Shown here piece by piece: positions 56,355 through 64,000 of a stretch of DNA of 64,000 nt. The translations under genes and the position numbers were made by a program. The stretch spans positions 69,812,001 through 69,876,000 of the forward strand of contig OZ024740.1 of assembly GCA_964016885.1 (NCBI GenBank), in the 5' to 3' direction. Each line of letters begins with the position of its first letter. Within the stretch, counting starts at the first letter, position 1. The DNA comes from Eledone cirrhosa (taxonomy: Eukaryota). The notes under the pieces were generated by a model. The model was not told where the DNA came from. It saw nothing but the letters and a program-made list of their open reading frames with translations, and did no database searches.

Positions 56355-56846
56355 TACATACACATACATATACATACATACATATACATATTTTTTCAAA
56401 AATTGCAAAGAATATATTAACTAGGTATACATCCAAAACACATCCCATTCTATGATTACATGACACTCTGCAATCCGTCTGTATAAGGATACTAATTTTA
56501 AGCCAATTAAATTAAATTTTTAGGTTGACTAAATTTAAAACCAAATTATAAATATATTTCTAAAATGTATATTAATTAGGTCTATAATACTAAAAATTAT
56601 TTCTCTGTCATTGGATACACGATATTTTGTTATATTTTATCTGTAAAGGAATTTTAATAAAAGGTTTAAATAAATTAAAATTAATCTATAAATTAAATTA
56701 CTAAGTATATATTAGTAATATTTAAAGGTTTTTCACAATTTATGATTACACAATATTTTATATTCTCATCTGTAGTAGAATTTTAATTAAATTAAATTTA
56801 TAGGTTAACTAACATTTAAATTAAATTAATTTCTAAAATAATGTTA

Positions 56847-58508
56847 TTAATTAGGTTTATAATATTTAAATGTTTTTTTTAGTTTATGATTACACGATAT
56901 AATTAATTCCTGTCGTTTATTTAATAGGATATCCTTAGATTTCATTATTTCAAATAGTTCTTGGGAACATAATCTACATTCATTTCTATTATTTTGATAA
57001 GGGGTGGCTCTTTTGAGCACACTCCAGGTCAAATCATATTCTATATTCTTATTTTTATAACTATTGATTTTTTCTGCTAGAGATGTTGTATTAGCCAGTG
57101 CGGCATTTTTAAAACTATTCTTGTGGGTATTAAACCTTGTCTTAAAATTGTTAGAGGTAGCTCCTATATATGAGCAAATAGAATCTTTAGTTTTAACATT
57201 ACATTTATAGACTATGTTGTTAACAAGACAATTCCCTTTTAATGGGCAGTTTGCTTTGTTTCTACAGTTACAACCTTTCGTTAATTCTGTATTTGAGGAG
57301 ATATTATGGTTAATTTGATGTACTGGTGGTATACTTATGGTTTTCTTACATTTATATACATTATAGGCACTTATATTTTGTTTTATGTTATTTGTTGTTG
57401 AGTATGAGAATTTAACTGTAGACCTATTTAAGATTTGATGGTATTTGTGGTTTGGCGGGAAGTTTTTCTCTAGGATATAAAAAAATTTTTTAGCAATATT
57501 ATCCTTAATTTGTAAATTAAATGGAGCATTATACCAAGTAACCCGTCTATTACGGTTTCTATGTTGTTTATTATTTTTATTATTTTTATAGGTTGTATCG
57601 TGATGTTTACTAGGAGGATTAATGTTAATGATCTCACCACAACCATTTTTAGTTATATTTGTAGATTTAGGTGTTTTATCTTTTTTATTAGGAGTTTTAT
57701 TATTAATATTTATTAGAGTTGTATGATGAGTAGTTTTTTGAGAGTTACTATATTTTATATTAGAAGATTTGGTATTTTGGGGTATAGTGTGGGTGGCATT
57801 TAGGTGTGTACTTTTCATTTGGTGTTTGTTGGTAATATTAGGTTGTATGCTTTTAGTATTTTTAGTAGAAGGTATATATTCTAATCTATTTTTGTGGCCA
57901 CTTCTATCTAGAGCTTCGTTATAGAAGGTCGCATTTTTATCAAATACATCTTGGTTAGAAGAAAGGTTAGAAATTCTAAGTGATATATTATATGCAAGGT
58001 TTTTAAGGATAGATTTAGGGTGATTAGATTGTGAGTGTATGTAATGTAAGTTTTGGTTGGTAGATACCCGTAGCTCAATCTGTAATGTAAGTTTTGGTTG
58101 GTAGATACCCGTAGCTCAATCTAAAGTTATATCTAGGAAATTTACTACTTTACTTGTTTTTTCAAAAGTAATATGAAGATTATAATAGTCTTTAAGGAAA
58201 GTTCTAATATGTTTTTTGTTTTTTTCAATTTCTGAAAGGCTAAGGTTGTTAGAAAGAAGAAGACAGTCATCACGATATAAACCACCTTTGAGGTGGGGAA
58301 AGGAGGCATTTATGTTGAAAAGGAAAAAGAGGCCCACAAGATCAGTAATTTGGGCGGAATCGCTTGAACCCATAGTAATATCAAATAGATTACTATATGT
58401 GTTTCTGGTCCAGTATTCATTCTGAAATTCAATAAGTGTTAGTCTAGCATGTGTAATAATATTAATGTCATCCAAAGTTAAGTTAGATCTATTTTTAGCA
58501 AATATCAA
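56847..58508 (-). pseudogene. PLE family 2 RT-GIY-YIG ORF, 5'-truncated and disrupted
   Basis: FDITMGSSDSAQITDLVG, GGLYRDD, VNFLDITL, WYNAPF, CNCRxxxxCPLKGNC, IVYKC..YIG..FKTRFNTH, CRLC. Broken by a 41-bp duplication at 58040-58121. Confidence 0.92.
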
Positions 58509-58581
58509 TGTATATGTGAGGGTGTGTATATGTATATATATGTATATATATGTGTAAAAAAATATATATGTGTATGTGTGT

Positions 58582-58613
<32 letters not shown>

Positions 58614-59044
58614 ATATATATGTATGTATATATGTGTGTATGTGTGTGTTTGTATGTGTGTTTATGGTTGTATGTGTGAGTGGGTGTATATATATAAATG
58701 TATGTGTATGTATATATATATATGTGTATATGTATCTCTATTAATGTGTGTATATATGTATATGTATATACCTTTTTCTTTGTATGTCTGAGTTGTGTGA
58801 GAGTATAGTGGTGTTTGTATGTATATACGCATATATGGATGCGTATGTATTTGTATATATGAGTATATGTAAGTGCGTATGTATGTATGAATATATATCT
58901 ATGTCTATGTATGAGTATATATGTGTGTGTATGTATGTTGTGTGTGTATGTATATATGTGTCTATGTGTGTATATATATATATGTATGTGTGTATATGTA
59001 TGTATGTATGTGTATGTATGTACATATATGTCTATGTATATGTG

Positions 59045-59117
<73 letters not shown>

Positions 59118-59642
59118 TTATTTTATATATATGTGTGTGTGTGTATGTGTTTGTGTGTGTATATATATCTTTATATATGTGTATGGGTATGTTCGTGTAG
59201 GTGTATGTGTGTGTATGACTATATATGTATGTGTGTATGTGTGTATGTATGTATATGTATGTGTGAGTACATGTATGTATGTGTATGTGTATATATATGT
59301 GTGTATATGTGTATGTATATATATATATATATATATGTGTGTATATATATATATATATATGTATATGTATCTCTATTTGTATGTGTATATGTGTATAGGT
59401 ATATACCTTTTTCTTTGTATGTCTGAGTTGTGTGAGAGTGTAGTGGTGTTTGTATGTATATACCGATATATGGATGCGTAAGTATTTGTGTGTATGTATG
59501 TATGTATGTCTGTATGTATTTGTGTGTATATATAGGTATGTATGTGTATATCTGTATGTATATAAGTATGTATGTGTATGTATATGTGCGTGTATGTGTA
59601 TATATATGTGTGTCTATATATGTATGTGTGATTATATGTGTA

Positions 59643-59689
<47 letters not shown>

Positions 59690-59775
59690 GTATGTGTGTA
59701 TATGTGTGTATGTGTATATGTATATGTTTATATATGTGTGTGTATGTGTGTTCTAAGTGTAGATGTGTGTATATG

Positions 59776-59846
<71 letters not shown>

Positions 59847-60532
59847 TTTCTTGATATATTTCTTTTTTCTTTTTTCTTTTTCTTTTCTTTCCTTTTTAAT
59901 TTTTATTTTTTATTTCTTAGTTTATAGATACATCTATAAATAAGCAGTCTGCCCAAACCGTTGAATACTGACCTCTCCCCCCCCTCCCACCTAATTTCTG
60001 TATCTTGATCTAAATGTGTGTGGCAGTGTTTATGTGAGTGAATTAATATCCATGTGCTTATGATAATATTATATCCACATATATATATGTGTGTGGGGGT
60101 GTGTGTGTGTATGTATGTTCGTAATTATGTGTATGTTTATGCATATACGCGCGCGTGTGTGTGAGTGTACGGATATGTGTGAGTATGAGAATATGTGTAT
60201 ACACTTATTTCATATTTATGTGTCTATACGCATCTTATCTGTGCATTATAAACTTACAGAGACATTAACCTTGAAATTTTGTATTTGCATGCATCTTTTT
60301 GGCATGCGTATGCATGTTGAGCATACATCTTTGTATAAATATGTGTACGGGGTAGTTACATGTATATACACACGCCAAACTGCATAAAACCTTTTGTATT
60401 TTCATTGGTCAATTTTTAGTTACATGTATATACACACGCCAAACTGCATAACACCTTTTGTATTTTCATTGGTCAATTTTGTTCCCAAACGGACCTGAAA
60501 TTTTGAATTGTTGTTATTATCAATAAATATAT

Positions 60533-60687
60533 TTCATTATTTCTGAAGACGGCGTATATGTGTGTTTGGTATGTATATTTAATCTTGATAGTTTGTATAA
60601 TTTTGTATAATTTTGTACATAGATCTGTTGAATATGCATGCCAATTCTAACACATATATATCCTAGAAACGATCGTTAAATAATGAA
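60533..60687 (+). ncRNA. Hammerhead with 116-nt stem II (PLE family 2 pLTR)
   Basis: ttcattattt-CTGAAGA(60543-60549)-[116 nt]-GAAA(60666-60669)-cgatcg-TT-aaataatgaa. Confidence 0.8.
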
Positions 60688-60741
60688 CTTTTTTTGTTTA
60701 ATATAAGGAACTGTTTCATTGTTTTATTCATTATTTGTTTA

Positions 60742-60775
<34 letters not shown>

Positions 60776-60779
60776 AGAA

Positions 60780-61490
60780 GAAGAAGCAGGGCAGTGTAGT
60801 TGCTAGATAAGGTGTACTTATAAATAAGAGGAAAGCAAGAACGGGAGACAATTTTCCTTCAGCAGTTGTTGTCTGCTGGGGATGATGGATATTTCTACGT
60901 ATTAAATGCAAGATATCTCACCCCAGTGCGTCAATAACTAAAGGGAGTTATTGGGGGAAAAGGGGAGAGAGAGAAAAAAACTGGAAACAACAAACCGAAA
61001 AGGGAAACCCGAACCATGTGTTTGTGAGCAACTCGAAGAGAGAGAAAAAATTAAAGTCAACATCAATTACTGAACTTAAGTTCGAGAATGGTGTGGACGA
61101 GAAAAAAAACACGTCTGACCTTCGCAAGAGAAAGTGAGAAAGAGACAGCTAGAGGAACAGGCAAGAGAAACAGTGAGGTGGCTGGGTGAGAGAGGGAAAG
61201 TGAAAGTGAGAGGGAGAAAGAGAGAGAAAGAAAGAGGGGGAGGGTTGATAGCAATAAAATAGATAAGGAGAAAGAGAGAACAGGTCACAGCGAAACTTGA
61301 TAAACATTTAAGAAGAAACAGGGGTTGTGCATTTGCTAGTTTAGATGTACTTATGTATAAGATGAAAGCAAGAACGTGAGAAAATGTTCCTTTATCAATT
61401 GTCTGCTGGGGATCATGGATATTTCTACGTATTAAAGACAAGATATCTCATCCCAGTGCGTCAGTAACTAAAGGAAGTTATTGGGTAAAA
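60780..61490. repeat. (TA)n-flanked element with about 180-bp direct terminal repeats (period about 533) containing a long hairpin
   Basis: 60780-60960 is similar to 61310-61490. Confidence 0.7.
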
Positions 61491-61572
61491 GTAGATATAT
61501 ATATAAGAACAAAGTGGAGGTGCTACATAGGAGATTTATTGCTCAATCCTAGTTACACATGTTTCTCAAGCA

Positions 61573-62158
61573 GCAGAAAATTATGCGTGTTTGATTCTTA
61601 TAGAATTCCAGTAACAATCAGGAACTGATTTTACAGAGCGGGCGCCGACCCACCAGAAATTTAAAATTAGAATTGGTGCTCTGAAATAGCGATATATATA
61701 TATGAATGTATATATAGTGTATTCTGCAATACACTGTATGCTTAATTAAAAGCATTTTGAAGACCATACGATATTGTTTGAAAGTAGCGTCATTGTCGCT
61801 TACTTAATTTTCGGCAGGCAGGGAGAGATAAGTTGACAGCGCTGTTTCGTACTAATTGGGACTTGTCAAAACTCAGTAATCTCCCCGTCTGCCGAAAATT
61901 ATGTGTTGGATTCTTATAGAATTCCTGATTGTTACTGGAATTCTATAAGAATCCAACACACATAATTTTCGGCAGACGGGGAGAGTACTGAGTTTTTACA
62001 AGTACCAATTAATACGAAACAGCGCTCTCAACTTATCTCCACCTGCCTACCGAAAATTTAAGTAAACGACAATGTCGCTACTTTAAAACAATAGCGTATG
62101 GTCTTCAAAATGCTTTTAATTAAGCATACAGTGTATTGCAAAATACACTATATATACA

Positions 62159-62170
<12 letters not shown>
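61573..62170. mobile_element. Retrozyme-like family A, divergent subfamily; inverted pair with a 316-nt unit
   Basis: The - arm 61573-61925 has tagaattcc at 61601 and 61917; the + arm is 61923-62170. HHRs at 61808-61898(-) and 61966-62056(+, mutated). Confidence 0.83.
61808..61898 (-). ncRNA. Family A hammerhead with U3-A8 core
   Basis: agtt-TTGACAA-gt.c caatta g.ac-GAAA-cagcgctg-TC-aact. Extension ttttcggcag/ctgccgaaaa. Confidence 0.78.
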
Positions 62171-62194
<24 letters not shown>

Positions 62195-62249
62195 CATTCA
62201 TACAGACATACGTACATACATACAAACGTACATACATACATACATGCAT

Positions 62250-62760
62250 ACATACATACATACATACATACATGGTGGCTGCCAACTCATTTTCGAGTAC
62301 GGCCACTACTTTATATCCATGTAGGAGAACCCCTACCGATGCGCTGAACGAGTGTGACTTTTTAGTCCAGCCAGCAACTTGAAAACTCTGGTACAAACAC
62401 TACACTTGTGACAATTATTGACACATAGTGCTGGGCCCATGGTACCATGTGACGACAAGTGCAGAGAGATCTCCAGATATAAAGCAATGCCTGTGCTGTG
62501 AAGCTTTTATAGTGAGCAAAGGCACTGCACAAAGCCAGTCCCACTCTCTTAACCAAGATGATATTTACCAAAAAGAAGAACAAGTCAACATCATTGGAAA
62601 CCATCAGGGTTGCAGGTGTTATATCAGAGTTTTCCTTCTCTTAGAATTCTGCCTTGACAAAGGCTAAGGGGTCATCTCTCCCGGTGATTTTGGATGGCCA
62701 TTGACTCTTAAGAGCTCCTTTGCCCTTTGACAGGTTTTGTTTTTAGTCCTGCAGGATGTC
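62250..62760 (-). mobile_element. (TGTA)n-tailed non-autonomous retroelement copy
   Basis: Homologous to 43970-44393 and 45594-45880; (CATA)n on both sides. Confidence 0.7.
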
Positions 62761-62820
62761 CAAAGTCACATCCATCCATACATACATACATACATACATA
62801 CATACATACATACATACATA

Positions 62821-64000
62821 CAAACAAGAATTGAGAGCTGTTAGCGAAAAGCGCCGATACCTGAAGAAGGTAGATGAAAGAAAAATGCTTAATAAAAGAT
62901 TCAGACGAAACCAGACATCAGTCTATGAAGGGCAAAATAATAAGTGTCACTGAGGCCCCATCCCAGAAAGACATAGATTCCTTTTGGAGAAAAATATGGG
63001 GTGAAAAGAAGAATTTCAACCAAGATGCAGTGTGGCTAAAAGAAATCTGAAAGAACTATTGCTCCTATAATACAACAAAAACATACGAAATAAGTGAGGG
63101 TAGCCTTGAGACTGTGATAGGAAAACTCCAAGATAAGAAAACACCAGGAAGAGACATGATTGTCGGCTACTGGTACAAAAAACTGATATTCTATCGGAGG
63201 TATCTTACTGACCTCTACCAGCAAGTTCTTAAGGGAGATACACTTATACCAGAATGGTTGACATTAGCACAAACATTACTGGTCCAGAAGAACAAAGACA
63301 CCCACTTGGCAAAAAGCTACGGAACCTGATGTATAAGATGTATACAGTCTTCCTGAACCTATTCCTCCACGATCACTGTGAAAATAATAACATCATCACA
63401 GATGAACAAGCAGCTGGAAAGAATGGGGTTTGGGGATGTCCTGAACAACTCCTAATCAACAAAACTGCGATGTCGGAGGTGCGACAACTTAGGAGGAATA
63501 TGGCTACAGTCTGGATGGTCTACAGGAAAGCTTTCGATTCTGTTCCCCACTCTTGGATGATAGAGGCCCTCCAACTTGCTAAAGTCCTAGACATTATTGT
63601 CAGAGCCATAGGAAAGCTGTCTTCTTCTTGGGCTACTATCCTAAGGTTAAAGACAGAGAGAGAGGACTCTATTTTCACTAATAAAATAAAATATCGCAGG
63701 GCTATATTTCAGGGAGACAGTCTCTCTGTGATATTATTCATCTTGTCATTAAACCCCTTGTCCTTTCTGCTCAAGAAATGTGAGGGATGCATCATTGGCT
63801 CACATGAGGACAGAAATACGAACCTAACCCATAACTTCTTTGTGGACGATCTGAAACTCTATGCCAAGAACATGGATGGGATGAAGAAACATTTTGACCT
63901 GGTTACAACGTTCTCAAAGGATATAGGAATGAAGTTTGGCCAAGTAAATTTTCATACATGACTGTAAAGCGGGGAAATACAACCCAATCTAGCAACATTA
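62821..64000 (+). pseudogene. R4/Dong-type LINE reverse transcriptase, 5'-truncated and frameshifted
   Basis: KTPGRDMIVGYW, EQLLIN, YRKAFDSVPHSW, IFQGDSLS, FVDDLKLY, IGMKFG (ORFs 63114-63329 and 63254-63961). Begins directly after (CATA)n. Confidence 0.92.

Larger units (their letters stand above)
52820..60750 (-). mobile_element. Penelope-like element family 2, 5'-truncated, with a 2.2-kb inverted duplication of its 3' end
   Basis: Arms 52954-55158 and 58509-60750 are reverse complements. The ORF lies between them, with (TA)n flanks. Confidence 0.92.

Overview
AT-rich eukaryotic non-coding DNA, full of (TA)n, (CA)n, (GA)n and (TATG)n microsatellites and almost entirely transposon-derived. 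The SINE content suggests an octopus-like cephalopod, which is inference. I can support no host gene; most ORF-track entries are translated microsatellites. The real coding remnants are two families of Penelope-like elements (PLE; RT plus GIY-YIG endonuclease), R4/Dong-type LINE fragments and an L1/Tx1-type RT fragment. There are about 12 copies of one tRNA-derived SINE. The main hidden signal is RNA structure. By manual folding I find about 25 type I hammerhead ribozyme (HHR) motifs with intact or single-variant cores, plus about 5 degenerate ones, from at least 9 repeat families. They lie in PLE pseudo-LTRs (pLTRs) and in short non-coding, (TA)n-flanked, partially tandem or inverted units of about 315, 430 and 520 nt that resemble non-LTR retrozymes. 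Several HHRs are non-canonical: a U3-A8 core, a U4A core, or a stem II over 100 nt. All folds are by eye and activity is untested.
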